Shown here piece by piece: positions 18,593 through 27,892 of a stretch of DNA of 64,000 nt. The position numbers and the translations under genes were made by a program. The notes under the pieces were generated by a model. It did no database searches. It was given only the letters and a program-made list of their open reading frames with translations, and was not told the DNA's origin. Source of the DNA: Acidimicrobiales bacterium (GTDB taxonomy: Bacteria > Actinomycetota > Acidimicrobiia > Acidimicrobiales > Aldehydirespiratoraceae); contig JAJCXY010000093.1 of assembly GCA_029263215.1 (NCBI GenBank), forward strand, positions 2,159 through 66,158. Direction: 5' to 3'. Position 1 is the first letter of the stretch; every line of letters begins with the position of its first letter.

Positions 18593-21500
18593 ATGGCTGA
18601 TCTCAATATGGGAGACCGGGCGACCGCGGAGGTCATCGACCGCGTTGTCGCCTATGGCAGCGTTGTCGCCGGGTCTGGCTCCAGTGTCGATGAGGCGTTC
18701 CTGCGGTGCTACTTCGCGCATGTCGGCGGGGCCGACCTGCTCGACCGGCGTATCGAGGATCTGTTCGGCCGGGCGGCTGAACATGCTCGAATAGGGGCGG
18801 AGTGGGAATCGGGGTCGCCGAGGGTTGTGCTTATCAATCCGAAGATCGATGTCGACGGTTGGGAGAGCGACCACTCCATCGTGATGCTCGTCACCGACGA
18901 CCTCCCCTTCCTCGTCGATTCCGTCACCATGGAGCTGAGTCGGCTCCAGCTCGGTATCCATCTGGCCATACATCCGATCCTCATCGATCTGCGTCCCGAC
19001 GGTGGGGGGTTCGCAGATCCTCGCGATCACCAGGGCAGTGGGGCCGGCCAGGCTTCTTTCATCTCGATCGAGATCGATCGCCAGACCGAACCAGACCAGA
19101 TCCAGTCCATCGAGGAAGATCTGTTTCGGGTGCTGGGCGACGTGAGGGCTGCGGTGGAGGACTGGCCGGCGATGCGCCAGAAGATGCGCGACATCGCCGA
19201 TGGCTTGCTGGACGAGGCCCCACCGATCCCGAATGCGGAAGTGGAGGAGGCCTACGAGTTGCTGAGCTGGCTCGCCGAGAACAACTTCGTGTTCCTCGGC
19301 TATCGCGAATACAGCCTCGGCGACGACCGGCTCACCGCCGACCCCGCTTCCGGGCTCGGCATTCTGAAGTCGAAGAACGGAGAGCAGCCGCGCGGTCGGC
19401 CCCTGAGCGAGATGGCGCCAGAGGTGCAGGCCCGGGCCACGGCGCCGGTGCTGCTCAATATCACCAAGGCCACCTCCAAGTCCACCATCCACAGAGCCGT
19501 GCATCTCGACTATGTGGGCGTGAAGACCTTCAACGAGGCCGGTGAGGTCAGCGGTGAACGCCGCTTCCTCGGGCTCTACACGATCGAGGCCTACTCCCAG
19601 TCGGTCACACGCGTCCCTCGCCTGCGGCGCTTGGCGCGTGAGGTCCTGGAGCGGGCCGGCTACCCGCCCGGTGGCCACGATGAGAAGGCCCTTCGAGCCA
19701 TCCTGGAGGCCTACCCCCGCGACGAGTTGTTCCAGATCGAGACCGACGAACTGTTCGAGATCGCGATGGGGATCGCTGCTCTGCAGGAGCGGCGCCGGGT
19801 GCGGGTCTTCGCCCGGTCCGAACTCTTCGGCCGTTTCGTGACAGTGATGGTCTACATGCCCCGCGATCGCTACAACACGGTGGCCCGCACCGGCATCCAG
19901 GATCTATTGCTCGAGGCCTATGGAGGGTCGAGCGCGGATTGGAGTACCGACATATCGCAGAGCGTGCTGTCGCGCACGCTTTTTCATCTTCGGGTCGACA
20001 GCGGCCATGTAGCTGTGGTCGACGTGCCTGCCCTGGAGGCGCGGATCGAGGAGTTGTTGCGAGATTGGCATGACGACTTCCTGGCGGAGTTGGTGCGAGA
20101 AGAGGGCGAGCACATCGGTGTCGGACTCGGCCGCGCCTACGGACGCGCTTTCTCCCAGGATTACCAGGCCGCGTTCTCGCCTCGCATCGCTATCGCCGAT
20201 GTCCAACAGATGGAGAATCTGGGCGACAACGGCCAACTGAGCCTCAATGTCTATCGAGAGCCGGGTCAACCCAGGAATGCGTTCAAGCTGAAGCTCTACC
20301 GGCGCGGCGAACGAGTTTCGCTCACTGCGGTCATGCCCACCCTCTCCAACCTGGGTGTGGAGGTCATCGACGAGCGGCCCTACGAGGTGCATCCCGAGGG
20401 GCAGGACGCGATCTGGATCTACGACTTCTGGCTCGAGTACCCCGATCTTCAGCTCGACTTCGGTGAAGTGGCCGAGCTGATGGAGCAGACATTCGACGCG
20501 GTCTGGTGCGGGGATGAGTCCAACGACGGTCTCAATCGGCTCGTGTTGAGCGCGGGGATGGGTCCCCGAGAAGTGGGGATACTGAGGGCCTACGCCCGCT
20601 ACCTGCATCAGGCCCGGCTGGGATACACGCGCCGTTTCGTGGAAAACACCTTCGTTGATCATGCCGACGCGGCGCGGTTGTTGGTGGAGCTCTTCGGCGC
20701 CCGTTTCGATCCCGACCGAGACGATCGTGAGGAAGCGTCGGCCGCGATCAACGAGAAGTTTTTTGCTCGGGTGGAAAACGTCACCAGCCTCGATCAGGAC
20801 CGGCTGCTTCGTCGATTCCACAATCTGATCACCAGCACTCTTCGCACCAACTGCTTCCAGCTTCTCGAACGCGACAACGGCGACGCGCCGCCGTACCTGG
20901 CGTTCAAGCTCGACCCGAAGACGATCGACGATCTGCCCGAACCCCGCCCTCAGTACGAGATCTACGTCTACTCACCGAGATTCGAAGGCGTGCACCTGCG
21001 CTCCGGAGCAGTTGCTCGAGGTGGGCTGCGCTGGTCCGATCGGCTGGAGGACTACCGGACCGAAGTGCTCGGCCTGGTCAAAGCCCAGATGGTGAAGAAC
21101 GCGGTGATCGTGCCTTCCGGAGCGAAGGGCGGATTTGTGCTGAAGCGCCCACCCACCGACGCCGACCCGGCCTCCCTTCGTGAAGAGGTCGTGATCTGCT
21201 ACCAGTTGTTCGTGTCGGCTCTGCTCGACATCACCGACAACCTGGTTGGCTCAGAAGTCGTCGCTCCCGATCGCACCGTGCGCTACGACGGCGACGACAC
21301 TTACCTGGTGGTGGCGGCCGACAAGGGCACCGCCACCTTCTCCGACATCGCCAACGAGCTGGCGATCAGCCGCAACATGTGGCTCGGTGACGCCTTCGCG
21401 TCCGGCGGCTCCAACGGCTACGACCACAAGGCGATGGGGATCACCGCCCGCGGCGGGTGGGAGTCGGTGAAGCGGCACTTCCGCGAGCTCGGCCGCAACG

Positions 21501-23416
21501 TCCAGTCCGAACCGTTCACCGCGGTGGGCATCGGCGACATGTCGGGCGACGTGTTCGGCAACGCGATGCTGTTGTCGGAACACACTCGCTTGATCGCGGC
21601 GTTCGATCACCGCAATGTATTCATCGATCCTGATCCCGACGCTGCGGCCACTCATGCCGAGCGGGCGCGATTGTTTGCTCTGCCGCGGTCGAGCTGGGAG
21701 GACTTCGACCTCGATCTCATCTCCGAGGGCGGTGGCGTCTATTCCCGCTCGGCGAAATCGATCGAGCTCAGTGTGCCGGCGCGCCACGCCCTGGGACTCG
21801 ACGCGGAGGTGGTTACCCCCGACGATCTGATCCGCGGCGTCCTGAAGGCGCCGGTCGAGCTCCTGTGGAACGGCGGCATCGGCACCTACGTCAAGGCATC
21901 CGACGAAACCCACGCCGAGGTGGGCGACAAGGCCAACGACACCATCCGGGTCGATGGCCGCGACCTGAGGGTCCAGGTTGTGGGCGAGGGCGGCAACCTC
22001 GGTGTCACCCAGCGGGGTCGGATCGAGTTCGCAACCGGGGGCGGACTCATCTACACCGATGCAATCGACAATGCCGGCGGCGTCGACTGCTCGGATCACG
22101 AGGTCAACATCAAGATCCTTCTCGATCAGGTCACTGCGGCCGGCGACCTCACCGAGAAGCAACGCAACGGGCTGCTCGCCGAGATGACCGACGAGGTCGG
22201 TGCCCTCGTGTTGGCCAACAACTACAACCAGACCCAAGCGCTCAGCACCGCGCTGGCTGAAGCCGCGAGCATGGTGGAGGTGCACGCCCGCTACATGTCG
22301 AGCTTGGAGGGACGAGGCCTGCTCGATCGCGCTCTCGAGCGTTTGCCAGACGTAGAGGAGATGGTCGACCGCCGTCAGGCCGGCACGGGACTCACGGCGC
22401 CGGAGCTGGCCGTGCTGCTCGCCTATACGAAGATCACGCTCGACAGTGAACTGCTCGCGTCGAAGGTCCCCGACGACGACATCTTCGTGTCGCTTCTGGT
22501 CAACTATTTCCCCACCGCGTTGCAGGAGCGTTATCCCGACCAGATCCGGAGCCACCGGCTGCGTCGGGAGATAATCGCCAACCGGATCTCCAACGTCGTG
22601 GTTGATCGGGGCGGCACCTCCCTGGTCTATCGACTCACCCAGGAGACGTCTGCGCCGAGTCCCGACGTGGCCGCGGCCCACATGGCGGCGTGGGAAATAT
22701 TCCAGCTCGACGAGCTGAGCCGGGAGGTCAACGACTGTGAGGCGATGCTATCCGCCGACCGCCAGATGGCGATCCACTTGTCCGGTCGCCAGCTCGCGGA
22801 ACGCGCCACCCGCCTGCTCATCCGTAGCCGTCCATTCCCCTTCAGCGCCGCCTCGGCAATCGAGGAGCTGGCCGGGCCGGTGCAGGAGACGGTGGAGCAT
22901 CTGCCCGAGTTCCTGGCCGGGTCCGATCGTCTCGCATTCGAGCTGGCGAAGCGAGAGATGGCAGACGAGGGTCTGCCCGACGAGCTCGGGGCGCAGGTCG
23001 CGGCATTGGGGCCGTCGCTCGCGGCTCTCGACATCGCCGACGTGGCCAGGGCCAGCGGGGTCGCGTTGCCCACTGTTGCCGCGGTCCACTTCACGATCGC
23101 CGATCAGCTCGAGCTCAACTGGCTACGCGATCGGATCCTCGATCTTCCCCGCGACAGCCAATGGTCGTCGCTGGCCCGGCTCACCTTGCGCGGCGATTTG
23201 TACACCGACCACCGGGCCCTGACCACCCAACTCATCGTCGACTGTGCCGACGACGACTCAGATGATCTGGTGGCCCGATGGATACGGCGCTACGAGGTGC
23301 AGGTCGGCTACTACCGCGAGACGATCGCCGCGATCAGAGCGGTCGGAGCTGCTGATCTCACCACCCTGCTGGTGGCGGCCCGAGAGGTCCGAAACCTGAT
23401 CGCCCACACTGCTTGA
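18593..23416 (+). CDS. NAD-specific glutamate dehydrogenase, large (about 1600 aa) bacterial type
   Basis: From the ATG at 18593 (MADLNMGD) the protein is 1607 aa. The segments GGLRWSDRLEDYRTEVLGLVKAQMVKNAVIVPSGAKGGF and DKGTATFSDIAN...GGSNGYDHKAMGITARG are characteristic of the large NAD-GDH family. Confidence 0.95.
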   Translation: MADLNMGDRATAEVIDRVVAYGSVVAGSGSSVDEAFLRCYFAHVGGADLLDRRIEDLFGRAAEHARIGAEWESGSPRVVLINPKIDVDGWESDHSIVMLVTDDLPFLVDSVTMELSRLQLGIHLAIHPILIDLRPDGGGFADPRDHQGSGAGQASFISIEIDRQTEPDQIQSIEEDLFRVLGDVRAAVEDWPAMRQKMRDIADGLLDEAPPIPNAEVEEAYELLSWLAENNFVFLGYREYSLGDDRLTADPASGLGILKSKNGEQPRGRPLSEMAPEVQARATAPVLLNITKATSKSTIHRAVHLDYVGVKTFNEAGEVSGERRFLGLYTIEAYSQSVTRVPRLRRLAREVLERAGYPPGGHDEKALRAILEAYPRDELFQIETDELFEIAMGIAALQERRRVRVFARSELFGRFVTVMVYMPRDRYNTVARTGIQDLLLEAYGGSSADWSTDISQSVLSRTLFHLRVDSGHVAVVDVPALEARIEELLRDWHDDFLAELVREEGEHIGVGLGRAYGRAFSQDYQAAFSPRIAIADVQQMENLGDNGQLSLNVYREPGQPRNAFKLKLYRRGERVSLTAVMPTLSNLGVEVIDERPYEVHPEGQDAIWIYDFWLEYPDLQLDFGEVAELMEQTFDAVWCGDESNDGLNRLVLSAGMGPREVGILRAYARYLHQARLGYTRRFVENTFVDHADAARLLVELFGARFDPDRDDREEASAAINEKFFARVENVTSLDQDRLLRRFHNLITSTLRTNCFQLLERDNGDAPPYLAFKLDPKTIDDLPEPRPQYEIYVYSPRFEGVHLRSGAVARGGLRWSDRLEDYRTEVLGLVKAQMVKNAVIVPSGAKGGFVLKRPPTDADPASLREEVVICYQLFVSALLDITDNLVGSEVVAPDRTVRYDGDDTYLVVAADKGTATFSDIANELAISRNMWLGDAFASGGSNGYDHKAMGITARGGWESVKRHFRELGRNVQSEPFTAVGIGDMSGDVFGNAMLLSEHTRLIAAFDHRNVFIDPDPDAAATHAERARLFALPRSSWEDFDLDLISEGGGVYSRSAKSIELSVPARHALGLDAEVVTPDDLIRGVLKAPVELLWNGGIGTYVKASDETHAEVGDKANDTIRVDGRDLRVQVVGEGGNLGVTQRGRIEFATGGGLIYTDAIDNAGGVDCSDHEVNIKILLDQVTAAGDLTEKQRNGLLAEMTDEVGALVLANNYNQTQALSTALAEAASMVEVHARYMSSLEGRGLLDRALERLPDVEEMVDRRQAGTGLTAPELAVLLAYTKITLDSELLASKVPDDDIFVSLLVNYFPTALQERYPDQIRSHRLRREIIANRISNVVVDRGGTSLVYRLTQETSAPSPDVAAAHMAAWEIFQLDELSREVNDCEAMLSADRQMAIHLSGRQLAERATRLLIRSRPFPFSAASAIEELAGPVQETVEHLPEFLAGSDRLAFELAKREMADEGLPDELGAQVAALGPSLAALDIADVARASGVALPTVAAVHFTIADQLELNWLRDRILDLPRDSQWSSLARLTLRGDLYTDHRALTTQLIVDCADDDSDDLVARWIRRYEVQVGYYRETIAAIRAVGAADLTTLLVAAREVRNLIAHTA

Positions 23417-23441
23417 GTGAATCGGCCGGATCCTTGTGGGA

Positions 23442-23624
23442 TCAGGCGCTGAGGGCGAGTTCGGAAACCGCAGGCATGATGGTGCGTGCGGTGGGGCTGA
23501 GCTGATCACATACCCGGCAACGCCACCAGGTGACGGTCTGGAAGCTTCCCTCGTCGACCGTCACGATCTGGCCGGTGTGGACATGCTGGTTCTTGTGGCA
23601 GCTGGTACAGGTCATGGTTTCCAT
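23442..23624 (-). CDS. 60-aa four-cysteine (CxxC...CxxC) zinc-ribbon-like protein
   Basis: The sequence is METMTCTSCHKN...WWRCRVCDQL. An AAGGA RBS lies about 7 nt upstream of the ATG. It sits between GDH and the Lrp gene. Confidence 0.5.
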   Translation of the reverse strand: METMTCTSCHKNQHVHTGQIVTVDEGSFQTVTWWRCRVCDQLSPTARTIMPAVSELALSA

Positions 23625-23726
23625 GTCAGATCCTTTCGGGTTTATCTTCTGTGATTATCGCCTACATTCTGCGGTAGAGGGCACTGTATAGTGAATCGAT
23701 AGGAAGCTACGACGGGACTAAATCCT

Positions 23727-24161
23727 GTGTTGGACGAGATCGACCGCACCATTCTCCGTGAGCTCCAACGAGATGGTCGCCAATCCAATCGTGACCTGGC
23801 CGCACGTGTCGGACTGAGCCCCAACGCCACCGGCGTGAGGCTCAAGCGTTTGTTCGAATCCGGCGTCATCACCGGCATATATGCCCAGCTCGATCAGCCC
23901 GCGATGGGGCGGCCGATCGAGACGATCGTGGAGATGAGAGTTCGCGACGGCGCCGATGGCGAAGCACTGCGCCAATTCTTTCGTGATGACCGACGGGTGG
24001 TGGAGGCGTGGCTCATCACCGGCCGTACCGACTACATCCTGCGGGTCGCCGCGGAGTCCACCACCGACCTCCACGATCTGATCCAAGAGCTCGGCCACGG
24101 GCGGGGTTTCGCCGACGAGATCATCACCAGCCTCATCCTCGAACGGATCTGGGCCCAGTAG
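23727..24161 (+). CDS. Lrp/AsnC family transcriptional regulator
   Basis: LDEIDRTILRELQRDGRQSNRDLAARVGLSPNATGVRLKRLFESGVI is followed by an ACT-like RAM domain. The start is GTG. Confidence 0.9.
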   Translation: MLDEIDRTILRELQRDGRQSNRDLAARVGLSPNATGVRLKRLFESGVITGIYAQLDQPAMGRPIETIVEMRVRDGADGEALRQFFRDDRRVVEAWLITGRTDYILRVAAESTTDLHDLIQELGHGRGFADEIITSLILERIWAQ

Positions 24162-25208
24162 TCAAGACGCCGCGAATTCGACGTCCCAACTCCGCAGGAA
24201 GCGGCTGAAGCGTTGGTGGGCGTAGGGGAGGAAGCGGATCTTCTGGATGGGTTCGAGCGCCAACGGAAGCGCGGCCATCGAGTACATGTAGTCCGAAAGC
24301 ATGATCGCCCGGCGGGTCTCGGCCACGAGAGTGGCTTGCTCGGCGTCCCTGCGTGCCGAATCGTGGAACTGGGCGTTGTCGAGATAGAAGCCAATGAGAG
24401 AGCCGAGATCTTCCTCAGTGAACCGTGGCTCGCCGATCCTGAAGTGGGGCGGGTCGACGAAGCCGTGCTCCATCACCGTCTCCGCGAAGAGGTTGGCAAA
24501 GTCGAAAGCGATGTGATTGCGACACGAGAACTCGAAGTCGAGCAGCTTGATGGTGCCATCGGTCAGCTGCATCACATTGCCGTGGTAGGTGTCGTTATGA
24601 CAGAAGACCGGATCCCGGTCGGGGAGGCAACGGCGAACCTTCTCGATGGTCGACGCGGTGTGGATGGCCGAGAGTTCTTCACACAGGTGCCGTTCCTCAG
24701 GGGGAAACTCGTGGCGGTGATCGGTGAGCACGCTTCGAGCCATGGCTCCCCACTTCGCGTAGAGCAGATCGAAGAAGGTGTCGGGGGGGAGGCCCTCGGG
24801 CTCGAGGTGGTGGAGGCGCCAGAGCTCATCGGCGATGCCCTTTTGGATCGCAGGATCGAAGATGTCGTCGGCAGTGAGGGTGCGGCCCACGAAGAACTCC
24901 TCCACCCGGCAGGTGTCGTCCATCAGGTGGGCGCGGGCCGCGATTCCGTGCTGGCCGAGTAGGCCGAACACGGCCTGCTCGGTGGAGAAGTCGAGGATCG
25001 CGTTCTCCTTGCCGTCGAGGTGGCGGTAGAGAACCGCCGGCGGATCGATGCCGTCTTCGCTGGGCCGATGAGCCCGGATCCCCATGGTGAACGACGAGAA
25101 ACCCTTGGGCGGGTCGAACTCGAAATCGTCGACCGTGCGATCCCGCCAGCCCGCCAAGACCGACTGGCACTTTTCGAGTGCCATCTGCTCCACCGAGATC
25201 TCTTCCAT
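24162..25208 (-). CDS. choline/ethanolamine kinase-like phosphotransferase (APH fold)
   Basis: The Brenner motif is CHNDTYHGNV, followed by LLDFEFS. The likely start is MEEISVEQ at 25208, inside the listed ORF. Confidence 0.7.
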   Translation of the reverse strand: MEEISVEQMALEKCQSVLAGWRDRTVDDFEFDPPKGFSSFTMGIRAHRPSEDGIDPPAVLYRHLDGKENAILDFSTEQAVFGLLGQHGIAARAHLMDDTCRVEEFFVGRTLTADDIFDPAIQKGIADELWRLHHLEPEGLPPDTFFDLLYAKWGAMARSVLTDHRHEFPPEERHLCEELSAIHTASTIEKVRRCLPDRDPVFCHNDTYHGNVMQLTDGTIKLLDFEFSCRNHIAFDFANLFAETVMEHGFVDPPHFRIGEPRFTEEDLGSLIGFYLDNAQFHDSARRDAEQATLVAETRRAIMLSDYMYSMAALPLALEPIQKIRFLPYAHQRFSRFLRSWDVEFAAS

Positions 25209-25341
25209 TGGTCCTCCGCGCGCCGTCCGGGAACCAATGGCAGGCCCGCGGCGTTTCGACATATGGCGATGATGAAGCCGGGCACGGCCGTCCTTGGAAA
25301 GCCAGCCGTGCCCGACACGCCACCTCAACCACTAGGAGAAG

Positions 25342-26700
25342 ATGACGATGAAACGATTCTACCTACGGCCGGTCTGGGCTGTCATCACGATCAGCCTCAT
25401 GGCGGCTTTGGCCCTGACCCCGGCGGCTTCCGCTTCGGGTGGGGGAAGCGGGTCCCACCAGCGGAGCTACCTCGTGACGATAGAAAACCTCACGATTGGC
25501 CAGCCGTTCACCCCTCCGGTGGCGGCTACCCACCACCGCCGCACCGAAATATTCTCTCCGGGCGATGAGGCCAGCGAGGCGGTGCAGGGCCTGGCCGAGA
25601 ACGGCGACGTCCCGGGCCTCATGGCGGCCCTTCAGGCCGACCCGCGGGTCGATGAGATCGTCGTGGCCGATGCCGACGGGCCGGTTCTGCCCGGCGCCTC
25701 GGTGAGCTTCGAGATCACTTCGGAACGCTCACGGAATCGCCTCTCGATCGCAGCGATGCTTATCTGCACCAACGACGGATTCGCGGGTATCGACTCGCTA
25801 CGGTTGCCCCGCAAACACGGCGAACCCACGGTGGTCTACGCCGACGGCTACGACGCCGGCACTGAGCTGAACACCGAGGACTTCGACGATCTGGTGCCGC
25901 CGTGTGGCCCCCTCACCGGTGTCGATTCGATGGGTGCCGGGACCGGCATGTCGAACCCGGCGCTCGCCGAGGATGAAGACATCGACGGCCACGACGGCAT
26001 CGAGGGTGTCGCCGATCTCGATCCTGCGATCCACGACTGGGACGGCCCGGTCGCCAAGATCACGATCACCCGCACAGACGGTCTGAGGGTCTACGAGGTA
26101 GAGGTCAGTAACCTCACCGGCGGTCAGCCCTTCACCCCGCCCGTCATCATCACCCATGGCCACGACTTCGATCTGTTCGACGTCGGCGATGAGGCCAGCA
26201 GCGCGGTTCAGGGCTTGGCTGAGAACGGAGACGTTCCCGGTGTCGTGGCGGCTGCCGAAGGCCAGGAGGACGTGAGTCATGTCTTGGCCGCCCCTGCTCC
26301 GGTCTTCCCCGCCGGTGATGGCGTCTACACGGTGAATGCCTACCCGGGTGCAAATCGCATCACCGTTGCGTCGATGCTGATCTGCACCAACGATGGGTTC
26401 ACCGGTCTCGACAGCAAGCGCCTGCCGCGGCGGGTCGGCCAGTCGGTGACCTACGAGGGCCGCGGCTACGACGCCGGTACCGAACTCGACACCGAGGACT
26501 TCGACGATCTGGTGCCGCCGTGTGGACCTCTCACCGGTGTCGATTCGATGGGCGCCGGAACGGGCATGACCAACCCGGCGCTCGCTGAAGATGGTGAGAT
26601 CACGCGCCATGCCGGGGTGGCCGGTATCGGCGATCTTGTGCCCTCGATCCACGACTGGAGTGGAGCGACCATCGAGGTCACCATCACCCGGGCCGGCTGA
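25342..26700 (+). CDS. secreted protein with two tandem spondin-N-like modules
   Basis: The signal peptide is MTMKRFYLRPVWAVITISLMAALALTPAASA. The unit (NLTxGQPFTPPV...H...GLAENGDVPG...MLICTNDGF(A/T)G(I/L)DS.RLP...GYDAGTEL.TEDFDDLVPPCGPLTGVDSMGAGTGM) occurs twice, 206 aa apart. Confidence 0.6.
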   Translation: MTMKRFYLRPVWAVITISLMAALALTPAASASGGGSGSHQRSYLVTIENLTIGQPFTPPVAATHHRRTEIFSPGDEASEAVQGLAENGDVPGLMAALQADPRVDEIVVADADGPVLPGASVSFEITSERSRNRLSIAAMLICTNDGFAGIDSLRLPRKHGEPTVVYADGYDAGTELNTEDFDDLVPPCGPLTGVDSMGAGTGMSNPALAEDEDIDGHDGIEGVADLDPAIHDWDGPVAKITITRTDGLRVYEVEVSNLTGGQPFTPPVIITHGHDFDLFDVGDEASSAVQGLAENGDVPGVVAAAEGQEDVSHVLAAPAPVFPAGDGVYTVNAYPGANRITVASMLICTNDGFTGLDSKRLPRRVGQSVTYEGRGYDAGTELDTEDFDDLVPPCGPLTGVDSMGAGTGMTNPALAEDGEITRHAGVAGIGDLVPSIHDWSGATIEVTITRAG

Positions 26701-26711
26701 TCCTGCGGGCA

Positions 26712-26742
26712 ACGGGCGGGCCTCCTCGTGAGGCCCGCCCGT
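26712..26742 (+). terminator. perfect 13-bp GC-rich hairpin just after the spondin-like gene
   Basis: The arms are acgggcgggcctc / gaggcccgcccgt with a 5-nt loop. There is no U-tract, which is common in high-GC actinobacterial terminators. Confidence 0.5.
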
Positions 26743-26793
26743 CAGCTCGGCACGATCAGTTCGAATAGATGTGTGTCCGGCTGGCTTCGTAAC

Positions 26794-27876
26794 ATGGGTC
26801 AGACCCCGAGATGCCGCATTGGAGACTCCGTGAGTGTGATCACTGGCCCCGATATCGAAAATGATCGCCGCCTCGACCCGCGGGTGCGTGCGCTGCTGGC
26901 GTTCGTCCCCGCTCCCGCCATGCCCGATGCGAGTAGTCGTGAGGAGCTGGTGGCCCGGTCGAACACGCCCGAGGCCGCCGAGTCGCGGGCCGCGCTCACC
27001 CCGGTGCTGGAGATGTGCGACACCGAGGAATTCGCCCCGTCGGCCGGTCTCACCTGGCGCACCCTCGAGTTCGCATCGTCGCCCGATGCCAACAAGGTGA
27101 AGATCAACTTCATCCGGCCCGAGGGCGACGAACCGGTGCCGTGCGTCTACTACATCCACGGCGGTGGCATGGCCACTTTGTCGGCGTTCGACGGCAACTA
27201 TCGGGCGTGGGGCAAGATCATCGCGGCCAACAAGGTGGCGGTGGCGATGGTCGACTTCCGCAACTGCCTAGTCGCTTCATCGGCCCCCGAGGTGGAGCCG
27301 TATCCGGCCGGTTTGAACGACTGTGTCTCCGGCCTGCGGTGGTTGGCAGCCAACCATGCCGAACTCGGAATCGACGCCGAGCGGATCGTGGTGGCCGGCG
27401 AAAGCGGGGGCGGCAATCTCACACTGGCGACGGGACTCCGGCTCAAGCAGGACGACGACCTCGGCTTGATCAAGGGCCTCTACGCATGCTGTCCGTACAT
27501 AGCGGGGGAGTGGCCCCAGGATCGCTACCCGTCGTCGGTCGAGAACAACGGGATCTTCATCAATGTGTCGGGTAATCGGGGCCGCCTCGGTTACGGGATC
27601 GAGGCCTGGGAGGCGCGTGATCCGATGGCGTGGCCGGGATTGGCCACGGTTGACGACGTGGCCGGGATGGTACCGACGGTGGTAAGTGTCAACGAGTGCG
27701 ATCCGCTGCGCGACGAGGGCATCGAGTTCTACCGCCTGCTGCTCGAGGGTGGAGTGGAGGCACGGTGCCGTGAAGTGATGGGCACCATGCACGCCACCGA
27801 GATGTTCCCCATGGTCTGCCCCGAGATCTCGCGCGACACGGCTCGCGACATCGCAGCATTCTGCCGGGGGGTCTGA
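26794..27876 (+). CDS. alpha/beta hydrolase, hormone-sensitive-lipase (HSL) type esterase
   Basis: The oxyanion motif is YYIHGGGMA and the nucleophile elbow is GESGGGNL. The start is ambiguous: ATG 26794, or GTG 26830 preceded by GGAGA. The listed start at 26728 lies inside the terminator hairpin. Confidence 0.85.
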   Translation: MGQTPRCRIGDSVSVITGPDIENDRRLDPRVRALLAFVPAPAMPDASSREELVARSNTPEAAESRAALTPVLEMCDTEEFAPSAGLTWRTLEFASSPDANKVKINFIRPEGDEPVPCVYYIHGGGMATLSAFDGNYRAWGKIIAANKVAVAMVDFRNCLVASSAPEVEPYPAGLNDCVSGLRWLAANHAELGIDAERIVVAGESGGGNLTLATGLRLKQDDDLGLIKGLYACCPYIAGEWPQDRYPSSVENNGIFINVSGNRGRLGYGIEAWEARDPMAWPGLATVDDVAGMVPTVVSVNECDPLRDEGIEFYRLLLEGGVEARCREVMGTMHATEMFPMVCPEISRDTARDIAAFCRGV

Positions 27877-27892
27877 GCCGGACGGAGTCGTC

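Noticed and set aside
25798-27159. 453-aa minus-strand ORF across the spondin-like and esterase genes
   Set aside because: It is an antisense shadow ORF with Arg/Gly/His-rich composition. It overlaps two plus-strand genes that have clear motifs and a terminator hairpin between them.
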